The position numbers and the translations under genes are program-made. DNA of 49,236 bases from Candidatus Magasanikiibacteriota bacterium (GTDB lineage: Bacteria; Patescibacteriota; Patescibacteriia; Magasanikbacterales; GWA2-37-8): NCBI GenBank assembly GCA_016234265.1, contig JACRFW010000054.1, positions 1-49,236 on the forward strand, in the 5' to 3' direction. This document shows positions 16,295-25,235 of the stretch, piece after piece. Each line of letters starts with the position of its first letter. Position 1 is the first letter of the stretch. The notes under the pieces were generated by a model. The model was not told the DNA's origin, ran no database searches, and saw only the letters and a program-made list of their open reading frames with translations.

Positions 16295-19050
16295 CCCTCC
16301 GCCCCGAGCACGATAACATCCCGACGGTTTATTTTTTTGCTTAAAAGCAATTCGGCCAGTTGATTCTCTACCCGCTCCTGCAAAGCGCGACGAAGCGGAC
16401 GCGCGCCAAACTCCGGGTCAAAACCAACGCGGGCGAAAAAGTCCAGCGCCGCGTCCTCTACCTTGAGCTCAATGCCTTTCGCGTCCAAATCTTTGGCCAC
16501 GCGCTTGAGCATTAACCCCGCTATTTTCTTGATGTCATCGGAATCAAGGGCGCGGAAGAGCACGATACCGTCAAAACGATTTAAAAATTCCGGACGAAAC
16601 TGCTCTTTGAGTTCACCGTGGAGCAGGCGGTCTTTGATAGCGTCTGAAGAGATGCCGGAGCGCAATTGTTCACTCACATAGCTGGTGCCGGCGTTGGAGG
16701 TGGCAATGAGAATAACATTGGTGAAATCAATGACCCGACCAGTAGAGTCGGTGAGGCGGCCATCATCCATAACTTGTAAAAAGAGATTCAAAATATCTTT
16801 ATCGGCTTTTTCTATTTCATCCAGCAAGAGAAGAGCAAAGGGGCGGCGGCGAATGGCTTCAGTCAGAATTCCGCTCCCCTTTTCGCCGGGCGCGCCAATG
16901 AGGCGATAAATACTCGCTTTATCCTGATATTCGCTCATATCCAGACGCACCATGCGGTCTTCGCCACCAAAATAGACCTCGGCAATGGTTTTCGCCAGTT
17001 CGGTTTTACCTACCCCCGTCGGCCCCAAAAATAAAAAGTTGGCTATGGGCTTGCTCGTAGAGCGGACTTCGGCGCGCGCGCGGCGCAAAGCATTCGCAAC
17101 CAATGTCACTGCTTCGTCCTGACCAATCACTCGCTGGTGCAGGGCTTCCTCAAGGTGCATCAGTTTGGCGCTTTCGTCGCTTGTGACGGCGGTGACCGGA
17201 ATTTTGGTTTTTTCGGCAATGACCTTGGCCACCTCTTCGGCAGTGACGAGGGCGTTCGCGCCTTTGGCGCGATGGGTCAGGCTCGCGGCTTCGGTAATTA
17301 TTTCCAACGCACTCCCGGGCAGAAGCACATCCCGAATAAAGCGCTTGGACAGAGCAACCGCTTTGGCAATGGCATCATAGGCAAAAAATACCTGCTGCTT
17401 ATATTCAATAATTCCTACTTTTGACTCCAGCACTTGAATCGCTTGGTTTTCATCCATCTCGGGAATATCCACTTTGGCGAAGAGTGTGCCCAATTTGGAG
17501 TTGGCCAAGCGCTCGGCATAAGCCTCTGGCGTAGTGGTGGCGATAACCATAGAGCGGCCACCCCCGACATATTCGGCCAGGGTGCTCGCGACGTCTAAGC
17601 TTTGGCCAGCGCCGCCGGTGGAAACACCAATGAGTTCGTGGATATTTTGAATATAGAGAATAATATTTTGGGCGCGCGCGATTTCATTCATAATGCCGAT
17701 GAGACGCTCTACGGCACCGGCGGGAGTGGTGCCGGCGAGGAGCGACGAAATACTTAAACGCACTAAACGTTTGTCTTGCCAGCGAGGCGGAACGTCATCC
17801 GCGACCATGCGCTCGGCAATGCCCTCAACCACACTCTTTTTGCCGGTACCAAAGTCGCCGACCAGCAACACGTTTTCTTGCCCGCCGTCAACAACTTGAA
17901 AAATATCTTCAATCTCCCGTTCGCGCGCGATGCAGGGCGCCGTGTGGCCAAACTGGGCCAAGAGCGTCAGATCGTCGCTCAATTGATTCAAAAATGGCGT
18001 AGCGACGGCTGTCATGGCCCGGTCCATGCCATGCGTGGAGCGATGATGCGCGGCCCGGCGGAAAGTTTGGTACTGGCGATAGAGCTTTTCCCGAATGCGC
18101 GCCCACTCCACCACGTTCAGGAGTTTTTGCTTATCAATGCCCAGATCATACAAAATCTCTTGCACTTCCGGAAGCTCTTTTACTGATGCCACCAACAGCT
18201 CGGTGACGCTGACATATTCTTGATGAGCGGCGTAGGCTTCTTCATAGGCCTGAAAGATCGTTTGATAGACAGCGTCAGTGGCCACCGGTGCGGTGTGCGT
18301 GCCGCCGGTCTTTGAATTGTCGGCGCTGAAAAGCGGGGCTAATTTTTGAGCGATACTCTCGGCAGAAAAACCCAGACGGACAAAGAGATTGCTGATGCGA
18401 TTGGACCCGAGGGTCGCGTAAAATAAATGGGCCGGAGTAAATTTGTTGAACCCGGCCTGATCGGCCAAGGTATACGCCTGACCAGTAATTTCCAGACTTT
18501 CGGCGGTGAAGGCATCGGCGATATTGTGACGCCGACGGCGAGGAATTTTTTTCACTTCCGCCCAATTCACCGGGCTCGCGGCCGCGCGCTCGCTGGCGCT
18601 GGTTTTTCTATAGGTGTGGTGTTCAACGAGCCCAACAAACTGCTTTTCCCGGATAGAGCGATATTTCAGATACACCCAGATGAACACTCCCAGCCAAACC
18701 AGTGTGAGCGCGGAGGCGGGAAGGCGGCCCAGGAAAACGAGCGGGTTGCTATTCAACGCCAGCTTGCCGGAGGCTATGGCCCGATAGATCACAAACCCAG
18801 CCCATACCCAAAAATTCAAACCAATAATGACGGCGGTGATAAAACGAACTTTGTTAAAAGTTCGCCGAGCGCAGCGCAGGCCCAAGTGATAGCGCTCCAG
18901 CGGATATTGCCAATAGAGCCAGCGACCACGGACGAGATGGCCAATGCCCAACCCTTGGCAGGCCGGGCAAGTACGCCAACCGGCGATGCCGGAAGCTCGA
19001 CAGGTAGAGCACGATAGAAGGGGCAGCGGGGGTAAAGATTCAAAAAGCAT
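16276..19050 (-). CDS. Clp/Hsp100-family AAA+ ATPase with N-terminal zinc ribbon, TM helices and a degenerate first nucleotide-binding domain
   Basis: The N-terminus has CSTC...CPAC and two or three hydrophobic helices, followed by Clp_N-like repeats. D1 Walker A is GDFGTGKK and D1 Walker B is ILYIQNIHE (QN in place of DE). D2 is canonical: GPTGVGKTELAK and LLLLDEIEKA. Confidence 0.85.
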   Translation of the reverse strand: MLFESLPPLPLLSCSTCRASGIAGWRTCPACQGLGIGHLVRGRWLYWQYPLERYHLGLRCARRTFNKVRFITAVIIGLNFWVWAGFVIYRAIASGKLALNSNPLVFLGRLPASALTLVWLGVFIWVYLKYRSIREKQFVGLVEHHTYRKTSASERAAASPVNWAEVKKIPRRRRHNIADAFTAESLEITGQAYTLADQAGFNKFTPAHLFYATLGSNRISNLFVRLGFSAESIAQKLAPLFSADNSKTGGTHTAPVATDAVYQTIFQAYEEAYAAHQEYVSVTELLVASVKELPEVQEILYDLGIDKQKLLNVVEWARIREKLYRQYQTFRRAAHHRSTHGMDRAMTAVATPFLNQLSDDLTLLAQFGHTAPCIAREREIEDIFQVVDGGQENVLLVGDFGTGKKSVVEGIAERMVADDVPPRWQDKRLVRLSISSLLAGTTPAGAVERLIGIMNEIARAQNIILYIQNIHELIGVSTGGAGQSLDVASTLAEYVGGGRSMVIATTTPEAYAERLANSKLGTLFAKVDIPEMDENQAIQVLESKVGIIEYKQQVFFAYDAIAKAVALSKRFIRDVLLPGSALEIITEAASLTHRAKGANALVTAEEVAKVIAEKTKIPVTAVTSDESAKLMHLEEALHQRVIGQDEAVTLVANALRRARAEVRSTSKPIANFLFLGPTGVGKTELAKTIAEVYFGGEDRMVRLDMSEYQDKASIYRLIGAPGEKGSGILTEAIRRRPFALLLLDEIEKADKDILNLFLQVMDDGRLTDSTGRVIDFTNVILIATSNAGTSYVSEQLRSGISSDAIKDRLLHGELKEQFRPEFLNRFDGIVLFRALDSDDIKKIAGLMLKRVAKDLDAKGIELKVEDAALDFFARVGFDPEFGARPLRRALQERVENQLAELLLSKKINRRDVIVLGAEGCLTVE

Positions 19051-19053
19051 AAA

Positions 19054-19416
19054 CTAGACTCCGGGAGTAAGTGACCGCACCAGTCCGTAGAGCGCGATAA
19101 CTGGCAAAAAAATCCAGATAAGCCAGACTACAGCGCAAATTATTGTCCATAGAATAAGCGCCAAGGTTCTAGCCACTATTTGTACCCCGCGCATGAAAAA
19201 ACTGATAATTTTCCCCTGCCAATCGGTTTGACCAAACATGGGCACGAAAAGATTTTGGAGCCATAGCCCGGGAGCGAGCGTGCGGTTACCGGCTTTCAGC
19301 CAGACCAAACAACGGCTTCCGGCGTATTTCCACCCACCCGAATACCACCACACAGGAAAATAGACGAGATCCAAGAGAGCCTCGCCGAATAGTCGTTGAA
19401 GAATGATTAAATACAT
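19054..19416 (-). CDS. Small membrane protein, hypothetical
   Basis: 120 aa with 2-3 hydrophobic segments. A 3 nt gap separates it from the Clp-like gene, so co-transcription is likely. Confidence 0.5.
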   Translation of the reverse strand: MYLIILQRLFGEALLDLVYFPVWWYSGGWKYAGSRCLVWLKAGNRTLAPGLWLQNLFVPMFGQTDWQGKIISFFMRGVQIVARTLALILWTIICAVVWLIWIFLPVIALYGLVRSLTPGV

Positions 19417-19431
19417 ATGGCAGTGTTAATT

Positions 19432-19440
19432 AGTATACCA
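19432..19440 (-). promoter_or_regulatory. Extended -10 TGGTATACT
   Basis: The rc of 19432-19440 lies 15 nt upstream of the ATG at 19416. Confidence 0.4.
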
Positions 19441-19512
19441 TACTCTACGGACAAATAAAAAAATGCTCGACTCTGACGAGGCGAGACGCGAATAGATGCT
19501 GATAAAAGGGCG

Positions 19513-19890
19513 CTACCGAGCCAAAGCAGTTTTCTCCAAAGAGCGCCGGCGCAGGTACTGAACATCAGAAGCCGCTACCATTGCCATATCGCCACCTAAG
19601 CCTTTCAACCGTTCTTTAATATTTGCCAAAGACTCCGCGGTTGCCAATTCACTGTTTAATTTCCGGGTTTCGTCATTCACCGTCGCGATCTGTTGCTCCA
19701 GCGTTTGAACAACATAGCCGCTGGTGCCGATCGTGTTAGTTTGGAACATATAACCAATGCCAACGACCGCGATCAAAACCGCGACTGCTCCTTTGGTTGA
19801 GCCCGTCCAGATCCAAGCAGGCATACTGACGGATGCAACGAATTGTCTCACGGAGCGATAACGATATTTGAGACGAAGTTTGATGGACAT
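19513..19890 (-). CDS. FtsL-like bitopic cell-division protein (by position and topology)
   Basis: One TM helix followed by a coiled-coil-like region. It follows rsmH as ftsL does in dcw clusters. I recognise no sequence motif. Confidence 0.45.
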   Translation of the reverse strand: MSIKLRLKYRYRSVRQFVASVSMPAWIWTGSTKGAVAVLIAVVGIGYMFQTNTIGTSGYVVQTLEQQIATVNDETRKLNSELATAESLANIKERLKGLGGDMAMVAASDVQYLRRRSLEKTALAR

Positions 19891-19935
19891 ACCGATTTAA
19901 AATGCTAAATGTTCAATGTTAAATGTCAAATAATT

Positions 19936-20862
19936 TTATAATTTTTCAATCACCCGTAATTTGGCGCTGCGGGCGGAGGGGTTAGCCTCCAGTTCTGCCG
20001 CCGAAGCTGTGATTGGTTTTTTAGTTATTATTTTTAAAGTTTTATTTTCTTCGGCTTGAAAAAAATGTTTCACAATTCTGTCTTCTAAAGAATGAAAGGT
20101 GATAACTGCTAATCGGCCGCCCGGAGCCAAGACGCTTATGGCCTGTGGCAGAGTTTCTTTCAGCACATCCAGTTCTTTATTCACGGCAATACGCAACGCC
20201 TGGAATACTTTCGTGGCCGGATGGATTCCCCCCACCCACGGGATCTCTTTGGTGGAGTGTAATTTTCCCCGATAGACCGTGAGAACCATTTCTACTAACT
20301 CGCTCGTCGTTTTGAGGGGCGCGACACCCCGCCGTAACACAATGCTCGCGGCGATTTCTTTAGCTAATTTTTCTTCACCGTAGTTTTTAAAAATTAAGTC
20401 CAGTTCTTTTTGACTGTAGGTATTGAGAATCTCCGCCGCAGTCGGTCCGTCCCCGCCGTAGCGCATATCCAGCGGTTCATCTTTCTCAAAGCTGAATCCT
20501 CTCCCCCGCTCGGCAAACTGCGAGCTGCTCCACCCCAGATCCATCAGGATGGCATCGATCGAAAAAAAATTTTCTCTACTAATAATTTCTTTCAGGTGAA
20601 CAAAGTTATCACGGACAAAGGTGACGCGCCTGCCTGCCGGTAGGCTAGGCTCGCCAAAGTCATACAAATACTGTTTAGCGCGCAATAGCGATTCCGGGTC
20701 GGCATCAACACCAAGCAATTTTCCATCCGGACTGGTCTTTTGAAGCATCGCTTCACTGTGTCCGGCATCGCCCAAGGTGCAGTCGGCAACATTCATCCCC
20801 GACTTTAATTGTAAAGAATCAATGACTTCGGTAAGTAGTACAGGTACGTGTCGCATAGTCAT
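19936..20862 (-). CDS. rsmH: 16S rRNA (cytosine1402-N4)-methyltransferase RsmH
   Basis: HVPVLL, DCTLG.AGHS and FHSLEDRIVK motifs. TAATG stop/start overlap with mraZ. Confidence 0.95.
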   Translation of the reverse strand: MTMRHVPVLLTEVIDSLQLKSGMNVADCTLGDAGHSEAMLQKTSPDGKLLGVDADPESLLRAKQYLYDFGEPSLPAGRRVTFVRDNFVHLKEIISRENFFSIDAILMDLGWSSSQFAERGRGFSFEKDEPLDMRYGGDGPTAAEILNTYSQKELDLIFKNYGEEKLAKEIAASIVLRRGVAPLKTTSELVEMVLTVYRGKLHSTKEIPWVGGIHPATKVFQALRIAVNKELDVLKETLPQAISVLAPGGRLAVITFHSLEDRIVKHFFQAEENKTLKIITKKPITASAAELEANPSARSAKLRVIEKL

Positions 20863-21293
20863 TACACTCCCAGCTCGGCCATGCGCTCGGCGATGGATCC
20901 GCTTTGGGATTCGGTCTGATTCTTATACTCGCTCCACTTGGTCTCGTCCCAAATTTCCAGCCGGCTGTAGAGCCCCGCAATCACCACCTCTTTTTTGAGA
21001 CCGGCGAAGGCGCGCAGATACTCCGGGAGAACCATTCGGCCTTGTTTGTCCACTTCCACATCCATAGCGCCAGCCAGCATAAGGCGGGCAAAGGCTCGGC
21101 TGTTTGACTGGCTGAAAGGCAAAGCCGCTAATTTTTCGACGAGCTTGGCCCATTCGGTCTTGGTATATAAAAAGAGACAGTTATCTAAGCCCCGAGTGAC
21201 TACCGCACCTTTCGCCAAGTCGCGACGAAATTTTGTGGGTATGGCGAGGCGTCCCTTATCGTCTAGATTGTGACTATACTCGCCGATAAACAT
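20862..21293 (-). CDS. mraZ: Transcriptional regulator MraZ
   Basis: MFIGEYSHNLDDKGRLAIPTKFR, with a second SpoVT/AbrB-like repeat DKQGRMVLP. ATG at 21293 is preferred over the track TTG at 21320. Confidence 0.9.
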   Translation of the reverse strand: MFIGEYSHNLDDKGRLAIPTKFRRDLAKGAVVTRGLDNCLFLYTKTEWAKLVEKLAALPFSQSNSRAFARLMLAGAMDVEVDKQGRMVLPEYLRAFAGLKKEVVIAGLYSRLEIWDETKWSEYKNQTESQSGSIAERMAELGV

Positions 21294-21329
21294 ACGCCTG
21301 TGAGATAAGGAGTAAGACAAGCACGTTCA

Positions 21330-21385
21330 CCACTTTTCCCCACTTACAACCATTATATACCACTTCCATACACCGGTCAACACTT
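21330..21385 (-). promoter_or_regulatory. Phased AAGTGG boxes (putative MraZ operator) overlapping a TATAAT -10
   Basis: CCACTT on the plus strand occurs at 21330, 21340 and 21360, with a 5/6 copy at 21380. All spacings are multiples of 10 bp. TATAAT (rc of 21352-21357) lies between the boxes. Confidence 0.5.
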
Positions 21386-21462
21386 TTACTCCCTAGTTAT
21401 CCACAACAAAAAACCACCTTTTGGGCGGATTATGCGTAAATACTATTAACCAATGTGCAGCC

Positions 21463-22815
21463 CTATATTTCCACCTTCATCCCCGGCTCAACCGGCGTGG
21501 ATTTTATCCCTAGCTCACCAAGTTTTTTGGCCAGCGCGACTTTCGCCGCCGGGTCGCCGTGATTTAAGAATACCCGCCGCGGCTTAGCGGTTCCAATCCA
21601 CCCGAGCAACTTATTCTGATCGCCATGGGCCGAGAGCGCGCCGATCATTTTCACCTGGCAGTGCACGGGCACATTTTCGCCAAGTATCCGGACCGGCGAC
21701 TGACCATCCATAATACGCCGACCAAGAGTCCCTTTTGATTGATACCCGATGAGCAACAAAGTATTGTGCGCGTCAGACAAATAGCGCAGAGCGTGGTGCA
21801 CGATACGCCCGCCGTTCATCATACCGGCGCCGGCAATAATAATTTTCGGCCCCGGCGTGTGGTTTATTTTCATGGACTCATCGCGCGTGTAGGTGGGGGT
21901 AAGCCCCGGGAAAGTAAACATGTCATCGCCTTCCTTAAAATAACGCGTAGCTTCTTCGTCATAATAACGCGAGTATTTCCGATAAACTTTGAGCGCGTCA
22001 ATCGCGAGCGGGCTGTCCAGAAAAATGGGAACGTGAGCGAGCTTATGTTTGCGTTCAATGAGATCGTTCAGATCATAGATAAGCTCTTGGGTGCGCTCCA
22101 GCGAGAATGATGGGATCATGACAACACCACCGCGACCAATCGCTTCGGATACGAGCCTCTCAATGAACTCCTGGCGCGTAGCGGACGATTCGTGCAGGCG
22201 GTCGCCATAGGTAGATTCACAGATGAGGGCATCAAGTTTCGCGGGCAAGGCTTCGGTGTCACGCAGAATCGGCACTTTGACGTTGCCGACATCGCCGGAG
22301 AAGACGACCCTTTTCCCTTCGGCCTCAAATTCAATGAAAGCGGAACCAAAGATATGCCCGGCGTCGCGGAAGGTGACGGTCATCCCCCCGACCGCGAGCG
22401 GCGTGTCATACTCTACGGCTTTGAAGGCTTCCATCACTCCGGCAATGTGCATCTCATCATAGATGATGGGCTTGCCCATTTTTTTGTGATCATAGGTCAT
22501 CACGCCGAGCGCGTCTTCCATAATCAGCTCGGCCAACTCCACCGTTGGGGGCGTGGCGTAAAAATGACCGGTGAACCCGCCTTTCATCAGGAGCGGCAAC
22601 CGGCCCACATGGTCAAGATGCGCGTGCGTCACAAAGACGGCGGTAAGCGTGGTCGGATCAAAAAGCAAAGGATCCAAATTTTTTTTCTCCAGCTCCTCGT
22701 CACCCTGAAACATGCCGCAATCAACGAGAAAACGCTGGCCCTCTGCTTCCAGCAGACTGCACGAGCCAGTCACCCCCCCAGCCGCGCCGTAAAAAGTAAT
22801 TTTCATAAAACTCAT
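21463..22815 (-). CDS. Beta-CASP family metallo-beta-lactamase-fold RNA-metabolising nuclease (CPSF/Ysh1-like)
   Basis: The HAHLDHVG motif, beta-CASP motifs, and the C-terminal HGD. Confidence 0.85.
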   Translation of the reverse strand: MSFMKITFYGAAGGVTGSCSLLEAEGQRFLVDCGMFQGDEELEKKNLDPLLFDPTTLTAVFVTHAHLDHVGRLPLLMKGGFTGHFYATPPTVELAELIMEDALGVMTYDHKKMGKPIIYDEMHIAGVMEAFKAVEYDTPLAVGGMTVTFRDAGHIFGSAFIEFEAEGKRVVFSGDVGNVKVPILRDTEALPAKLDALICESTYGDRLHESSATRQEFIERLVSEAIGRGGVVMIPSFSLERTQELIYDLNDLIERKHKLAHVPIFLDSPLAIDALKVYRKYSRYYDEEATRYFKEGDDMFTFPGLTPTYTRDESMKINHTPGPKIIIAGAGMMNGGRIVHHALRYLSDAHNTLLLIGYQSKGTLGRRIMDGQSPVRILGENVPVHCQVKMIGALSAHGDQNKLLGWIGTAKPRRVFLNHGDPAAKVALAKKLGELGIKSTPVEPGMKVEI

Positions 22816-22879
22816 TTAAACCAGAATAATCATATCATACCGCTGAACTCGTGTCACCCTGTTCAATAGCAAAAAAATC

Positions 22880-22888
22880 TGCTATACT
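22880..22888 (+). promoter_or_regulatory. Extended -10 TGCTATACT
   Basis: It lies 23 nt upstream of the ATG at 22912. Confidence 0.4.
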
Positions 22889-22911
22889 ACTGCCTAGAAG
22901 TTAACCTACGT

Positions 22912-23601
22912 ATGCCTAAAAATAAACTTGATACCGTTGAAATTGTTGAACCGCCGCTGGGGGAACTTACCAAAAAACGATCATCTTTCAAACGCACCTG
23001 CCTAACCGGCTGCGGTTGCTTATTATTGTTCCTCATCGGCGCGGTAGTGGCTTTCCGGATAGCGGTTGGCACCGGACCGACCACGCTCGGAGCGGTACCC
23101 AAAAATTTCCCGGAAAGCATTCCCATTTACGATAAAGATACCATTGACCGCATTACCTTCATCTCCGGACGCTATAAAAACCGCAGTATGGAGATCGCCG
23201 CCTTTTTCCCTAAAGTTATTTTGTCCTCTCTGCTCCTGACTGTGCAACACGATGAGCAGCCGAAATCCCCGTCAGGAAACACTGCCGCCATCCCCCTGAC
23301 GCGCCGATTTTGGTCAATACTCACGGCGCCGGTCGGCGACGCCCGCGACACCGTGCAGATTGAATGGAAAAATATGGATGCCGAGCCGGGTTTTGTGTCG
23401 TCGTATTATAAAAAAGAATTGTTGAAGAAAGGCTATACCATTGACGAGGAAAAAGAAAATAAAGGCACCCATACCTTTTCGTTCAGCCAAGGCACAACCA
23501 ACGGAGCGCTCTTGACTCAAGGGGAGGAAGAAAAGCGGCCCGGGACTGATTACGCCGTTTTGACGGTCAACTTCGGGAGCGCCGCGCCCTCTACCAAGTA
23601 A
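22912..23601 (+). CDS. Membrane-anchored hypothetical protein
   Basis: 229 aa with one TM helix (CLTGCGCLLLFLIGAVVAF). No recognisable domain. Confidence 0.55.
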   Translation: MPKNKLDTVEIVEPPLGELTKKRSSFKRTCLTGCGCLLLFLIGAVVAFRIAVGTGPTTLGAVPKNFPESIPIYDKDTIDRITFISGRYKNRSMEIAAFFPKVILSSLLLTVQHDEQPKSPSGNTAAIPLTRRFWSILTAPVGDARDTVQIEWKNMDAEPGFVSSYYKKELLKKGYTIDEEKENKGTHTFSFSQGTTNGALLTQGEEEKRPGTDYAVLTVNFGSAAPSTK

Positions 23602-23610
23602 CGTGGTAAC

Positions 23611-25230
23611 ATGCTCCGACGACTCCTCACTGCACAGACAAAAACCATCACCGGCGCGGCGGTGGTTATTGGCGCTTCCACATTCATAAGCCGGCTCATC
23701 GGCCTCGGCCGCGACCGTATTTTGGCGCACTATTTTGGCACCGGGCCGGTGATAGATGCCTATTATGCCGCTTTTAAAATCCCGGACCTCATTTATAATC
23801 TGCTGATTGTCGGGGCTCTGACGGTCGGGTTTATTCCGACGTTCACTAAACTTTTTTATCAGAGCGCAGATAAAACTCCGGCCTGGCGGCTCACCAATTC
23901 CATCGTGAATATCGTCAGCCTCGCCCTTTTGGTGGTGTGCGGCATCGGGGTAGCGATCACACCGTACTTGTCTCGGGTGATTGCTCCGGGGTTTTCCGAG
24001 GATGGCCAACGCCTGGTTGTTGTCTTCACCAGAATAATGCTCTTGTCCCCCATCTTGCTCGGCATATCCATGGTGATGGGCGGTATTCTCCAATCGCTCC
24101 GGCAATTTTTGGTTTATTCTATTGCGCCTATTTTTTATAATATCGGAATAATCATCGGCGCTTTGGTTTTCGTTCCCCTGTTCGGTGTGTCCGGGTTGGC
24201 CTGGGGCGTGGTGCTGGGCGCAGCCGCGCATATGACTCTACAGATATACAGCGCCGGGCACAGCGGCTACCGTTGGCGACCGCTCATGGATTTTAAAAAT
24301 CCGGAAGTGCGTCTGATTGGGAAACTCATGGTTCCACGAACGCTGGGGCTCGCCATGACACAGGTAAATAATGTGGTGGTCACTATGCTCGGGTCGTTTT
24401 TACCGGTTGGCTCGGTGGCGGTGTACAACTACGCCAACAATTTGCAGGCCGTGCCAACGGGCATTATTGCCATACCATTTGCCCTGGCTGTTTTTCCACT
24501 GCTGGCCGCGGCGGCGGCGGAACGGAGCTTTGAAAGATTTGTGGAATATCTGGGCAGCACCACCCGCCAGATATTTTTCCTCACCGTGCCGGCGGCTATT
24601 TTAATTCTCATGCTCCGTGCCCAAATTGTCCGTGTTGTTTTGGGCAGTGGAGAGTTTGACTGGACAGCGACTATCGCGACCGCGAACGCTCTGGCTTTCT
24701 TTGCGCTCGGACTTTTGGCTCAAGCGCTTATTCCTCTGTATGCCCGCGCTTTTTACGCGCTGTCAGATACCAAAACTCCTTTTGTGGCCGGGCTTATTTC
24801 CGAGCTGTTCAGTATTATTGCGGCGCTCGTCCTCATGAAACCGCTCGGGGTGGCTGGGTTGGCCCTCGCGAGTGCTATCGGGGCCACTATCAATATTATC
24901 TTGCTCGTGATACTGCTCCGCCAAAAGACCCGCGATCTGGAGCTTGGCCGCTGGCTTGTTTCCGCCTTCAAAATTAGTGTTGCCGGGGGCTTGATGGCCA
25001 TTATGATTCAAATTTTGAAATATCCACTTGATGCCATCCTTGATTTAAGTTATTTCTATGGGATCTTGCTTCAGGGCCTTATTTCCGGTAGTCTAGGGCT
25101 ACTCGTCTATGGCCTGCTCTGCCGCGTCTTGAAGCTGGAGGAAATGATCCATGTGCAGAGCAGTCTAAAAAAGCGCTGGCTACGAATCTGGCACGTGCCG
25201 GCGGGTATTGATGAAGCGGAGGGATTATAG
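23611..25230 (+). CDS. murJ: Lipid II flippase MurJ
   Basis: The MOP/MviN-type N-terminus (SRLIGLGRDRILAHYFG) and ~14 TM segments. Confidence 0.9.
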   Translation: MLRRLLTAQTKTITGAAVVIGASTFISRLIGLGRDRILAHYFGTGPVIDAYYAAFKIPDLIYNLLIVGALTVGFIPTFTKLFYQSADKTPAWRLTNSIVNIVSLALLVVCGIGVAITPYLSRVIAPGFSEDGQRLVVVFTRIMLLSPILLGISMVMGGILQSLRQFLVYSIAPIFYNIGIIIGALVFVPLFGVSGLAWGVVLGAAAHMTLQIYSAGHSGYRWRPLMDFKNPEVRLIGKLMVPRTLGLAMTQVNNVVVTMLGSFLPVGSVAVYNYANNLQAVPTGIIAIPFALAVFPLLAAAAAERSFERFVEYLGSTTRQIFFLTVPAAILILMLRAQIVRVVLGSGEFDWTATIATANALAFFALGLLAQALIPLYARAFYALSDTKTPFVAGLISELFSIIAALVLMKPLGVAGLALASAIGATINIILLVILLRQKTRDLELGRWLVSAFKISVAGGLMAIMIQILKYPLDAILDLSYFYGILLQGLISGSLGLLVYGLLCRVLKLEEMIHVQSSLKKRWLRIWHVPAGIDEAEGL

Positions 25231-25235
25231 TTGTT

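Noticed and set aside
23314-24231. 305 aa minus-strand ORF overlapping the hypothetical gene and murJ
   Set aside because: It is antisense to murJ, whose TM pattern is convincing. The product is Arg/His/Gly-rich nonsense.
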